Of a DNA stretch of 64,000 nucleotides, positions 1 through 11,100 are shown piece by piece. This stretch comes from Chiloscyllium plagiosum (lineage: Eukaryota). The stretch covers positions 50,317,635 through 50,381,634 of the forward strand of contig NC_057728.1 of the NCBI RefSeq assembly GCF_004010195.1, written 5' to 3'. Position 1 is the first letter of the stretch; each line of letters opens with the position of its first letter. Position numbers and translations under genes: made by a program. A model generated the notes under the pieces. The model searched no databases and was not told the origin of the DNA. It was given only the letters and a program-made list of their open reading frames with translations.

Positions 1-362
1 GTTGGAACGGCGAAGGATGAGGGGTGACTTGATAGAGGTGTATAAGATGATCAGAGGACTAGATAGAGTAGACAGTCAGAAACTTTTTCCCCGAGTACAA
101 GAGAGTGTTACAAGCGGACGTAAATTTAAGGTGAAGGGTGGAAGGTATAGGGGAGATGTCAGGGGTGGGTTCTTTACCCAGAGAGTGGTGGGGGCATGGA
201 ATGCGCTGCCTGTGGGAGTGGTAGAGTCAGAATCTTTGGTGACCTTTAAGCGGCAATTGGATAGGTACATGGATGGGTGCTTAAGCTAGGACAAATGTTC
301 GGCACAACATCGTGGGCCGAAGGGCCTGTTCTGTGCTGTATTGTTCTATGTTCTATGTTCTA
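1..362 (+). mobile_element. CR1-clade LINE, 3' end (ORF2 C-terminus, 3' UTR, (TATGTTC)n tail)
   Basis: Translates as ERRRMRGDLIEVYKMIRGLDRVD...FFTQRVVGAWNALP...FKRQLD; ends gggccgaagggcctgttctgtgctg plus tail repeats. Confidence 0.92.
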
Positions 363-1147
363 TGGATAAATGTGAAGTGTTGCATTTTGGAAGGTCGAAC
401 TTGAATGCTGAATGTAGGATTAAAGAAAGAATTCTTGGCAGTGTGGAGGAACAAAGGGATCTTGGTGTTCAAGTGCATAGATCCCTCAAAGTCGCCACCC
501 AAGTTGATAGGGTTGTTAAGAAAGCATATGGTGTGTTTTGGCTTTCATCAACAGGGGAATCAAGTTTAAGAGCTGTGAGGTTTGGTGAGACCACACTTGT
601 AATATTGTGTCCAGTTCTGGTAACTTTGTTATAGGAAAGATACGGAGACTTTGGAGAGGGTGCAAAGAAAGTTTACCAGGATGCTGCCTGGACTGGAGGG
701 GGCTTGTCTTATGAAGAGAGGTTGACTAAGCTCGGACTTTTCTCTCTGGAGAGAAGGAGGAAGAGAGTTGACCTGATCGAGGTATACAAGGTAATGAGAG
801 GCATGGATAGAGTCAATAGCCAGAGACTTTTCCCCAGGGCAGGATTGATTGGCACGAGGAGTCATAGTTTTAAGATATTAGGAGGAAAGTAGAGAGGAGG
901 TGTCAGAGGTAGGTTCTTTATGCAGAGAGTTGTGAATGCATGGAATGCGTCGCCAGTGATGGTGGTGGAAGTAGAGTCATTAGGGACATTTAACTGACTG
1001 CTGGACTTGCACATGGACAGCAGTGAATTGAGGCCAGCAGAGATTAGGTTATTTTATTTTAGATTAGGAATAATCCTTGGCACAACATCGTGGGCTGAAG
1101 GGCCTGTTCTGTGCTGTACTTTTCTATGTTCTTAGTTCTATGTTCTA
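363..1147 (+). mobile_element. 5'-truncated, decayed CR1-clade LINE
   Basis: DKCEVLHFGR...EQRDLGVQVHRSLK, SYEERLTKLGLFSLERRR, frameshifts, same tail as upstream copy. Confidence 0.92.
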
Positions 1148-1209
1148 ATCTCTCCTACCTTCTCTTTTAACATTGTGTTAGTCTTGGAAGTGGTCCGGTG
1201 CTCTCTTTC

Positions 1210-1995
1210 TGTGATGATGCTGTCACTTTAAAGGTTATTTTGCACTGATTTTGTTTCAAGAGATAGCAGAGGCACTGAGAAAGTGAGGCTTTGGGGTTTT
1301 TTTAAAGTTGGAACAATGGAAGCAGCCTGGATCTGGCCGGCTCTCACACACCAAGCTTTCTAGTTTTTAAAAAATTTTTCATTTCGTTTTAATAGAATCT
1401 TTTGGGGTCTCAAAAGAGTTGGAAGCTTCAGTGAATGTCTCCTGGCTGCTACGCTCTCTGAGTTTTCTCTTGATGTTTTTTTCATCCAGGATTAGATGAG
1501 AGAATCTGTGTCTGCATTTGCCTTTTTGCCAAGGGGTATGTTTATAGGATGTTAATATACTGGAACAGTTTTATTTGGAAGTACTGTACTAGCTTTTAGA
1601 GCACTGCTCCTTCATCAGGGAGTTGAAGAAGCAACACTCCAAAGGCTAGTGCTTCCAAATAAATCTGTTGGACTATAACCTGATGTTGTGTGATTTTTAA
1701 CTTTGTACACCCCAGTCCAACAGCAGCCCCTCCACTTATTGGAACAGTTAATTAGTAAGCGGTACTGTTAATAATATTCTGTTAGGTTTTCCAACAGTTA
1801 AGTTATTCTAAATTCCTCTTCCTTTTGTTTGTATTTTAACTATTGTGTGTAAATAGGTTGTGTTTTGCTTAATGTTGACCAGCTACATTGCAACTGGAAC
1901 ACAGCATTTTACATATATCTTTAAAATAAGAAAAAGTTAGGGTTTAGGTTACCTTCTTCAAGCATTTTGAAGGGATATGGTCTGGTCTGGTTACT
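1210..1995 (+). mobile_element. Probable solo LTR-like repeat, interrupted by a Penelope-derived palindrome
   Basis: Starts TGTGA, T-rich LTR-like composition, no coding remnant; class is inferred. Confidence 0.35.
1566..1735. mobile_element. Short head-to-head Penelope-terminus insertion with degenerate hammerhead motif
   Basis: ttatttggaag...gctccttcatcagg inverted against ...gctagtgcttccaaataaatctgttgg; flanked by tggaacagtt at 1561 and 1740. Confidence 0.65.
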
Positions 1996-2155
1996 GAAGA
2001 GAAGTTTCTGGGGTTTAAGGTCTTTTTTTTAAGATTTCTCTTTATTAAACGTTTTATGAACTATCTACATTCTTGGACTGAACACAAAGTCTACACAGTA
2101 GCACCTGCCTTTTAAAAAAAAACCCAAATCATTTATTTTTCTCTGTTTTTGATCA

Positions 2156-2458
2156 TGGACAGCATGGTTGTCCAATGGTTAGCACTGCTGCCTCACAACA
2201 CCAGGGACCTGGGTTCAATTCCAGTCTTGGGCAACTGTCTGTGTGGGTTTCCTCCCATAATCCAAAGGTGTGCAGGTTAGGTAAATTGGCTGTGCTAAAT
2301 TGCCCATAGTGTTCAGGAATGTGTAAACTAGGTGCATTAGTCTGGGGAAATGTAAAGTAATAGGATAGGGGAATGGATCTGGGTGGGATCCTCCTCAGAG
2401 AGTTGGTGTGGACTTTTTGGGCCAAATAGCCTCTTTCCACTCTGTAGGGATTCTATGA
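2156..2458 (+). mobile_element. HE1-like V-SINE (tRNA-derived)
   Basis: A/B-box head (tggttagcactgctgcctcac, ggttcaattcc), V-domain, CR1-like tail. Confidence 0.88.
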
Positions 2459-2604
2459 ACTAAGAAAGGAATTGTTTTACCATCAAGGAATGCCAGAAGG
2501 CTGCTACATGTTTTTGAAAGCAAGTATCTTTACACTCATTGTAAATACTATTTACATAACTGTTGGTTCCAGCAGTTTGCAGATGAATTGGAGCTGCAAG
2601 ATTA

Positions 2605-3117
2605 TGTTCAGCTCTGGGCACCATGAATAAGGAATGATGTTAAAGCCCTGGAGATAGTGTAAAGGAGCTTTACTAGATCGATAGCAAGAATGAGGGATTT
2701 TAAGTATATTAGATAAAATGAGCTTATTCTTCTTGGAGATTAAGAGGTGACCTTATTGAGGTGATCAAAATTATGAACAATTTTGACAGGGTAAAGAAGG
2801 ATATTCTGTTCCCACTAGTTAGTATGTCAGTAACTAAAATTGTCAAAATTGTCAACAAGAGAGCTGGGAGCGAGTTGAGGAGAACATCTTTACTCAGAGG
2901 GCTTTTAGGATTTGGGAATGTGTTGCCTGGGAGAATGGGGGAGGGGGCATTCCATGGGAGCTTTAAAAGAGAGCTGGATATATTTTTGAAAGGGATTAAT
3001 TTAGAGGACTACAGAGATAGGGCTGGAGAGTGGAACTAGCTGGGTAGCTGTTTTGGGAGCCAGTACAAACATGATGGGCCAAGTGGTCTCCTTCTGTCCT
3101 GTAAAATTCGATGATTA
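2605..3117 (+). mobile_element. Old CR1 LINE 3' fragment
   Basis: Degenerate RGDLIEVIKIMNNFDRV...FKRELDIFL and CR1-type 3' UTR. Confidence 0.8.
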
Positions 3118-3649
3118 TATAATTCCCTGAGTTTGCTTCACAACAAGGAACTGATTTGTCTGTGGATTACTGACCATTTAATGATGACAAAAGCCTGTGT
3201 GTGATTGGTTCTTAAGTATCTGAATAGTTTGGAATCATGAACAGTTTGGGATTGTGAACAGGAGACAGACAAGTCATTAGATCTCCACCAGCTCAGTGGC
3301 TGTGCCTGTTCTCTGCAGCAAAACCCACTGTAAACCTGAGGGAAACCAATTGATTCAGTTCCTGTAAACTGTGACTTTTAACTAACAACCAGAGACCTGT
3401 CTGTAAGTGTGGACCAATCACCATGTCCCTCCTGCATCCAGTGAAGGAAAACTGAGAGGCAACATTCTGAATTATCAGAAACATCACAGCAGATTCTACG
3501 AACAGGATCTATAAAGCTGCCTCCCAGTATTTCCATCTATACAGTATGTAGTATATGCTGACAAGTAATAATAGTTCATAGGAGTCTGATTTTCATAATA
3601 AATGGTAATTCTTATTAAGTATAGAAACCTGGTCTGTTTTTCCCAACGT

Positions 3650-3965
3650 GGGCAGCACGGTGACACAGTGGTTAGCACTGCTGCCTCACAGCACCAGAGA
3701 CCTGGGTTCAATTCCCGTCTCATGTCTGTGTGGAGTTTGAACATTCTCCCCGTGTCTGCATGGGTTTCCTCCGGGTGCTCCTGTTTCCTCCCACAGTCCA
3801 AAAATGTGTAGATTAGGTGAATTGGCCGTGCTAAATTGCCCGCAGTGTTAGGTGAAGGGGTAAATGTAGGAGAATGAGTCTGGGTGGGTTGCTTTTCGGA
3901 GGGTCGGTGTGGACTTGTTGGGCCGAGGGCCTGTTTCCATACTATAAGTAATCTAATCTAATCTA
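3650..3965 (+). mobile_element. HE1-like V-SINE
   Basis: gggcagcacggtgacacagtggttagc head, V-domain, (AATCT)n tail. Confidence 0.92.
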
Positions 3966-4324
3966 CTGGGTCTGACAGTCAGATAAATTGAGGAATTTTC
4001 TGTACTATTTCAAATCTGTACCTTTGGGATGACTCTGAGAATAGTGGGTGCTTTGTTTCCAGTGTGCTATCCCAGGGAGACATCTCCACCATGTGATCTC
4101 TTATGTCACTCCTGATGTAGTGTACTATTTATATATGCAAATATTAAATCTTAGCTGTCCGCCATCCAGACCTTCCCTTTTGTTCATTCCTCCCTTGCAT
4201 CTTTTCCTTCTTCTTTGTCTATTCCATCTCTAACTTTTCCCATTTCTGATAAAAGGTCACAGATTTAAACCATAATCAGACTTTTGAACAGATCTCTCAA
4301 ATATTAATTCTGATCTCTCTCTCT

Positions 4325-4490
4325 CTGCACCTTCTCTGCTGCTGTAACACTGTATTCTTCACTCTGTTCTGCTGTCCTAATGGACTTTGCATGGCATAAT
4401 CTGCCTGTGTAACAAGCAAAGCAACACTTTTCACTCTATCTTGGCACATTTGACAACAATCAGTCAATTAATAAATCAATCAGTCAGATT
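4325..4490 (+). mobile_element. Rex1/Babar-type LINE 3' UTR fragment
   Basis: cttttcactctatcttggcacatttgacaacaat resembles the Rex1 3' ends at 60420-60570 and 15316-15400. Confidence 0.55.
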
Positions 4491-4594
4491 TGAACCAGCA
4501 TTTTCTATTGTTTTGTCAGATTTCCAGCATCTCCCGTATCTTGCTTTTTTTTCCCTCTGGTTATAGGGCTGGGTTACGTCAGACCTTCAGGGCA

Positions 4595-4710
4595 AGTGCA
4601 GATTGCAGATGGTGGAGATCAGAGTCGAGAGTGTGGTGCTGGAAAAGCACAGCAGGCCAGGCAGCATCCTAGAGCAGGAGAATCGATGTTTCAGCCCTTA
4701 ATAAGGAATC
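4595..4710 (-). mobile_element. Penelope-like terminal fragment
   Basis: tgctggaaaagcacagcaggccaggcagcatcc matches termini of the GIY-YIG elements at 8625 and 52187. Confidence 0.7.
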
Positions 4711-4816
4711 TTGAAAGAATCTTGAACAAAATGCTCAAAGTAGCAAATCTCCAAGAGGCTACACCTTTAGTTATTGTCAGACAGCCAGTGGCTTGATGCT
4801 CAGGATATCTTTGGTG

Positions 4817-5140
4817 TTATGGTGGCTCAGTGGTTAGCACTGCTGCCTCACAGTGCCAGGGACCTGGGTGTGATTCCATCCTTGGGCAACTGTCTGTGTG
4901 GAGTTTGCACACTCTCCCAGTGTCAGTGTTAGTTTCTTCCAAGTGTTCTGGTTTCCTCCCACAATCCAAAAATGTGTAGGTTAGGTGAGTTGGCCCGTAG
5001 TGTTCAGGGATGTGTAGGTTAGATGCATTCGTCAGGGATAAATATAGGATATATATAGGGTTACTCTTTGGCAGGTCAGTGTGGACTTGTTGGGCCAAAG
5101 GGTCTGTTTCCACACTGTAGGGATTCTAATTCTAATTCTA
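4817..5140 (+). mobile_element. HE1-like V-SINE
   Basis: ggtggctcagtggttagc head, V-domain, tail ggattctaattctaattct. Confidence 0.9.
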
Positions 5141-6112
5141 GTGGAAGGAAGTTGAGGAAATTTGTTAGATAATCTTCATTAAAAGGTGAATAATCAGCAA
5201 GTATAAAAAGTAGAGATAATCCTGAGAGAGTGATAACTGGAGCAAGAGTTGGATTGGAAGGGCACAGTGTGAACTGATGGTTTGCAAAGCGCATTTAATT
5301 CTCTGGAGAAACTCTGAGGGATCAGGAGCCCCGTCTGTGTGAGTCAGGGCAAACTCAATCCAGCAGGATAACAGAGTTTCATATCCTTCCTGTTAAACTC
5401 GGTATCTGTCATCTATAGGCAAGGCAAGATCAAAGAAAGCTCTTGAGACTTTGTGATCGATAACTGACTCGGAATTCAGCTTTCCTCATTAAACCATGAT
5501 ACTCTAACCTAACCTGACCGACGTTTCTTGCTTATCAAAGTGTGAAAAATCAAAAGGCAGCCCTACACCTACTTTCAGTCCCACCTTGCCAGGTTATGAA
5601 TTATTGAGCACATCAACCTGGGGCAGAGCCCCCGTGCTGATCTTTCGGGAAGTCAGTACAATGCTGCAGGAAGGCTGGGTAAGCATGGAGGAAATTCAGA
5701 CTGAGGAATCTCAAACGCTAATTAATCAAGACTTCAAATAGATATTCAAACAGATTCCAAATGAATCAAAGAAAATCACAGCCTCAGTATCTAATAGGGC
5801 AGATAGGATCTTATAGCTGAATTAAAAAGATGAAAAACTAGTGATTTGGTATCAGGCTACATGTTAGAATGTTATGAAAAGCTGAGCCCCACTGCTCCCC
5901 ATCCCAATCTTTAATACTTGATGTTCATCTAAATTTTTCTTTAGGTTTGTAGGATTGCTGCACTTTCTCATAACTGTAACTAACCTCAGTGATTGAACCC
6001 ACAGCATTTCTTTTCCTATCGCAAATTCTGCAAATCTCTGATTAGGTTTGTGTGTTGTATTTCTAATTTTTAATTGATTTGCTTCAAAGGCAAGCTCAGA
6101 ATCATTGAGTAT

Positions 6113-7200
6113 TTTTATGTTGCTGGGGCTGGAGGGTTTGTGTTACAAGGAGAGGCTGGGAATTTTTTCTCTGGGGCATAGGAGATTGAGGTGACCTTAT
6201 AGAGATTTATAAAATCATGAGTTACATGCCCTCTGGAATTAGACATTTCAGCTCTGGGGACAAAGATTCTGACTGTCAACACTCACCCCGACAGCAACAT
6301 GGCATCTGTCTCTTGTACTCCATTCCCTGCCCCATAAAGGCCAGTATGCCATACACCTTCTTTACCACCCTGTCTACTTGCGTGGTCACTTTCAGGGAGC
6401 TATGGACTAAGATCCCTCTGTACATCAATGCTGGTCAGGGTCCTGTCATTAACTGGAGACTTTTCTTTAACATTTGATCCCCCGAAGTGCAGCACCTCAC
6501 ACTTGCCTGGATTAAACTCCATCTGCCATTTCTCTGCCCATATCCGTAACTGATCTACATGCCACTGCATCCCTTGGCATCTTTCAACACTATCCACAAC
6601 TCCACCGACCTTTGAGTGGGAGGGGAGAGTTTAGCCTTGACCCTATGCTGTGTTTAATCTTTAGATTAATGCTGTTACAATTACTCATTACTGAAATCAG
6701 GATCCAGGCTACCCCTCCCCCACAGCCATCACTGCCACCACATAGAACATAGAACAATGCAGCGCAGAACAGGCCCTTCAGCCCGACTTGGGTTGGGATA
6801 TCTGGTCGGCATGGATGGGTTGGACTGAAGGGTCTGTTTCCAAGCTGTACATCTCTATGACTCTATGAGCGGCAGAGATGAGGAGATTGGCAAAGGTCTT
6901 TTTCCTACGGTGGGGGTTTCAAAACCAGCGGCATTTTTCACGGTGAGAGGAGAACGATTTAAAAAGGACGTGAGGGGCAACTTTTTTACACACGTGTGCA
7001 GAATGAACAATTGGAGGAAGTGGTGGATGCGGGTGCAGTTACCTGTTTAAAAGACATTTGGATAAATTCATAAATAGGAAAGGCTTGGAGGGATATGGGC
7101 CAAATGCAGGCAGGTGGAACTAGTTTAGTTTGAGAACATGGCCGGCGTGGACTGGTTAGACTGAAGAGGCCTGTTTCCACGCTATGTGACTCCGACTCTA
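6113..7200 (+). mobile_element. CR1 3' fragment (6113-6221 and 6865-7200) split by a block containing minus-strand CR1 pieces
   Basis: DLIEIYKIM continues at 6865; atgag at both insertion edges; minus strand encodes WAEKWQMEFNPGKCEVLHFG. Confidence 0.75.
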
Positions 7201-7204
7201 TAAC

Positions 7205-7900
7205 ACCTTCAACAGATTTGCTTGTACAGCCTAATCTTTACCTGTCAAAATGCTGTGTAACAGTAAGTTCCAAACATCTTTAAGCCACTTGGTCTACCCT
7301 GCTGTCTTTTCTAATGAGCTAAAATATCTTTTGACTCCATACTCAGTTAATTTAAGTATTAAACATAGATTTTTAGCTGAATCGAATCCCTCATTGGAAT
7401 CAGAATCAATCGCCAAGCTGTTACCTCCTCTTTCCTTGTTTATATTAAAGTTTTCTCCAGCCAGATCATAGTATCTGATTTCTTGCTGTCTCTTTGAAGT
7501 TCTAGCTTTCTTATTTCCATTTCCTTTTCCATTTCGCTTTCCATTTACTTTGTACTTTTTCTTACTATTTCATTTCTTTTTTTTAATCTTCTTCCAAACT
7601 AAGTCCTTTCATTTTTCTTCCCCTCTCTTTTCATCTAAACCAAATTTTTTTCATATTTCTTCTCGCTGAGTCAGGTTTTTCTTTAAATGGTCTCTTAGTT
7701 AATTCTATCTGCAACATCTCAATTTCAGAAGATCTTCTGTTAATTGGATAATCACATTAAGCAGCTGCACCTAACAGGATCCAACTTTTATTCCTACTTT
7801 CAATTTATCTGTTAAATTTCATCTTAATCAAAGAGTTCACTTAATCCTCTGTTGTGTTTCATAACCCCAGAAAACTCTTAGCAACTTTTAAAGCCATTTT
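7205..7900 (-). mobile_element. Decayed Gypsy-type gag remnant
   Basis: Minus strand reads FDSAKNLCLILKLTEYGVKRYFSSLEKTAG.PKWLKDVWNLLLHSILTGK after a K/E-rich stretch, like fish Gypsy gag; many stops. Confidence 0.6.
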
Positions 7901-7985
7901 TGTAATTTTCGTAAAACTATGCACTCTTGCAACACGTGGCATTTGCGCTGATGGCTATTGTTGGCACTTTACAATCTTCCCCACC

Positions 7986-8610
7986 TCGGGCATGGGTTTA
8001 GGGTGAGAGGGGAAAGATATAAAAGAGACCTAAGTGGCAACCTTTTCATGCAGAGGGTGGTACATGTTCAATAAAAGGGCAGCACTGTGGCTCAGTGGTT
8101 AGCACTGCTGCCTCACAGCGCCAGAGACCCAGGTTCGATTCCAACCTCGAGCAGGTGTGGAGTTTGCACATTCTCTCTGTGTCTGTGTGGGCTTCCTCCG
8201 GGTGCTCCAGTTTCCTCCACAATCCAAAGATGTGCAGGTCAGGTGAATTGGCCGTGTTAAATTGCCGATAGTTTTAGGCACATTAGTCAGGGGTAAATGG
8301 AGGGAAATGGGTCTGGGTGGGTTACTCTTCAGAGGGTTGGTGTGGACTTGTTAGGCCGAAGGGCCTGTTTCCATACTGTAGGGAATCTAATCTAATCATT
8401 TATGGAATGAGCTGTCAGAAGAAGTGATGGAGGCTAGTACAATTGCAACATTTAAAAGGAATCTGGACGGGTATATGATTAGGAATGGTTTGGAGGGATA
8501 TGGGCTGGGTGCTGGCAAGTGAGACTAGGTTAGGTTGGGATATTTGGTTGGAATGGACAGGTTGGACTGAAGGGTCTGTTTCTGTGCTGTACATCTCTAT
8601 GACTCCATGA
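7986..8610 (+). mobile_element. CR1 3' fragment interrupted by a V-SINE
   Basis: FRVRGERYKRDL..NLFMQRVV continues after the SINE as WNELSEEVMEA..FKRNLDGYM. Confidence 0.85.
8077..8397 (+). mobile_element. HE1-like V-SINE nested in CR1
   Basis: A/B boxes, V-domain, (AATCT)n tail. Confidence 0.92.
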
Positions 8611-8624
8611 TGGAATCTGGCGCT

Positions 8625-9722
8625 GGGAGAACATGCAGACTACAGATGCTGGAGATCAGATTTGAGACTGTGTTGCTGGAAAAGCACAGCCGGTCAGGCA
8701 GCATCCAAGTAGCAGAAAAATCAACATTTCAGGATTAAGCCCTTCATCAGGAATGAGGCTTGTGGGCCGGAGGAGCTGAGAGATAAATGGAAGGGGATTG
8801 GGGCTAGAGGGAAGATAGCTGGGAATGTGATAGGTAGATGAAAGTGTGGGTGGAAGTGATAGCTCAGAGGGGAGGATGGAGCAGATGGGTGGGAAGGAAG
8901 GAAGGTGGACAGGTAGGTCCAGTCAAGAGGACATTGCCGAGTTGGAGGCTTAGGACTGGGATAAGGTTGGTGGAGGGGAAATGAGAAAACTGTTGAAATC
9001 CACATTGATCCTGTGTGATTGCAGGGTCCCAAGGCGGAAGATGAGGTGCTTTTCATCCAGGCGTCAGATGAATAGGGCTTGGCGATAGAGGAGGTCCAGG
9101 ACCTGCATGCCCTTGGTGGAGTTGGAGTGGAATTGAAGTGTTCAGCCACGGGCAGTGGGGTTTGTTGGTGCAGGTGTCCCAGAGATGTTCTTTGAAACAA
9201 TCTGCAAGTTGGCGTCCTGCCTCCCCGATGTAGAGGGGACCACATCGGCTACAACGGGATACAGTAGATAACATGTGTGGAAGTATGGGTGAATTTCTGA
9301 TGGATGTGGAAGGATCCTTTGGGGCCTTGGACGGCGGTGAGTGGGGAGGTGTGAGCGCAGGTTTTGCACTTGTTGCTGTGGCAGGGGAAGGTGCCGGGAG
9401 TGGGGTGCGAGCTAGTGGGGGGAGGGGGGAGGTGGTGGCGTGGATCTGACAAGGGAAGGGAGCTGCGGAGGGAATGATTTCTCCAAAAGGCAGATAGGGT
9501 GGAGGGGAATATATATCCCTAGTAGTGGGGTCCATTTGTAGGTGGCAGAAATGGAGGAGGATGATGTGATGTATATGGAGATTGGTGGGGTGGAAGGTGA
9601 GGACCAGGGGGTTCTGTCCTTGTTGCAATTGGAGGGGTGGGGTTCAAGGGCGGAGGTGTGGGAAATGGAGGAGATGCGCTGCAGGGCATCGTCGACCATG
9701 TGGGCGGGGCAATTGCAGTCTT
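8625..9722 (-). mobile_element. Decayed Penelope-like retroelement (Neptune-like): Cys linker, GIY-YIG endonuclease, terminal repeat
   Basis: PLVLTFHP...; GTFPCHSNKCKTCAH; CSRCGPLYIGEAGRQLADCFKEHL; VAEHFNS across frameshifts. Confidence 0.88.
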
Positions 9723-9949
9723 TGAATCTGGTATTGGGTAAAGGTTGTAATTCACTGCCACCAACCCTCCTACAATTTCTCTAGGACCTACCAGATGATC
9801 AATGGTAGAGGATACACCATTGGTGATTCTTAACAGAAGAATCACTTGTCTTGGCTCAGAAGATAGTTCATTATATCATAGAAATAAGTCTTGTCAAGCA
9901 TCATGACTAAGACCTCATGGGAGCTGTACAGAATATGTCTGCTCCCTCA

Positions 9950-10205
9950 AAGACTATGTGGCATCATCAGAGTGGGAGGATCTGTTCGAGCATCAATATT
10001 AACCCTTTCATAACCTTTCCTTATGCACCAATCTCTTATTCTTAAACAATGCCACTTCGGTTTAGTCTTCCTCACAAGAGGAAACACCCTCTTGATATCC
10101 ACCATATCAACTCCCCACAGAGTCCAATAACATTGCCTCTCACTCATCTCAACACCAGTGGGTCTAACCCAACTTGTTTCTTCGTGAGTTGGATTGTTCT
10201 CTCCA
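9950..10205 (-). mobile_element. Old CR1 3' fragment
   Basis: Degenerate GVDMVDIKRVFPLVRKTKPKWHCLRIR. Confidence 0.6.
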
Positions 10206-10211
10206 GGAATG

Positions 10212-10300
10212 AGCTGAAAATGTATTGCTGGAACAGCGCAGCAGGCCAGGCAGCATCCAGGGAACAGGAGAATCGACGCCCCGGGCATAAGCCCTTAGTC
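10212..10300 (-). mobile_element. Penelope-like terminal fragment
   Basis: tgctggaacagcgcagcaggccaggcagcatcc...aatcgacg...gggcataagccc. Confidence 0.65.
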
Positions 10301-10554
10301 AAGTGAGCCTTCTCGGAACTGTTTCCAAAGAAATTATCTTTTTTTTTAATTAAGGAGACCAACATCACACACAGTAATCCAGATGTAATCTGAACCAATA
10401 CCCCATACAAGGAAACAGTTCTATTTTCAGGGAATAGAGGGATATCAACCACGTGCAGGCAGGTGGGATTACTTTAGAATGGCACAGACATGGTGAGGTG
10501 GAGAGTCTGTTCCTGTGTTGAAAAGTTCCACGTTCTGCATTCCTCTCACACTGC

Positions 10555-10860
10555 GGATAGCACGGTGGTTCAGTGGTTAGTACTGCTACCTCACAGCACC
10601 AGGGTCCCAGGTTTGATCCCAGCCTTGGATAACTGTCTGTGTGGAGTTTGTGCATTCTGCGTGGGTGTCCTACAGATGCTCCGGTTCCCTCCTATAGTCC
10701 AAAGATGTGCAGGTCAGGTGAATTGGCCATGCTAAATTGCCCATAGTGTCAGGTGCGTTAGTAAGAGGGAAATGGGTCCGGGTGGGTTACTCTTCAGAGG
10801 GTCGGTGTGGACTTGTTGGGCCAAAGGGCCTGATTCCATACTGTAGGGAATCTAATCTAA
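10555..10860 (+). mobile_element. HE1-like V-SINE
   Basis: Head, V-domain, (AATCT)n tail. Confidence 0.9.
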
Positions 10861-10899
10861 CAGCCGCACCATTCCATTTGTCTACCTAATCATTTGTTG

Positions 10900-11100
10900 T
10901 ACCAGAGCACCTAGATTTACCTGTAAATCTTTAAATAGTACACTGTTGTTTCTATTCCTCCTGCCAAGATGGACAACTGCATAATTATCCATGTTATACG
11001 CCATTTGCCAAATCTTTGACCACTCACTTACCTGTCTACATTCCTTTGCAAACTCTCTCCCTCCCTTTGACAACTTATTTTCCCAACCTATCTTCGTTTC
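10900..11100 (-). mobile_element. Old CR1 RT fragment
   Basis: ETKIG...SEWSKIWQMAYNMDNYAVVHLGRRN. Confidence 0.7.

Noticed and set aside
8715..8760. Functional hammerhead in the longer Penelope copy
   Set aside because: CUGAUGA and GAAA are present but helix II is weakened and the cleavage triplet is GUU
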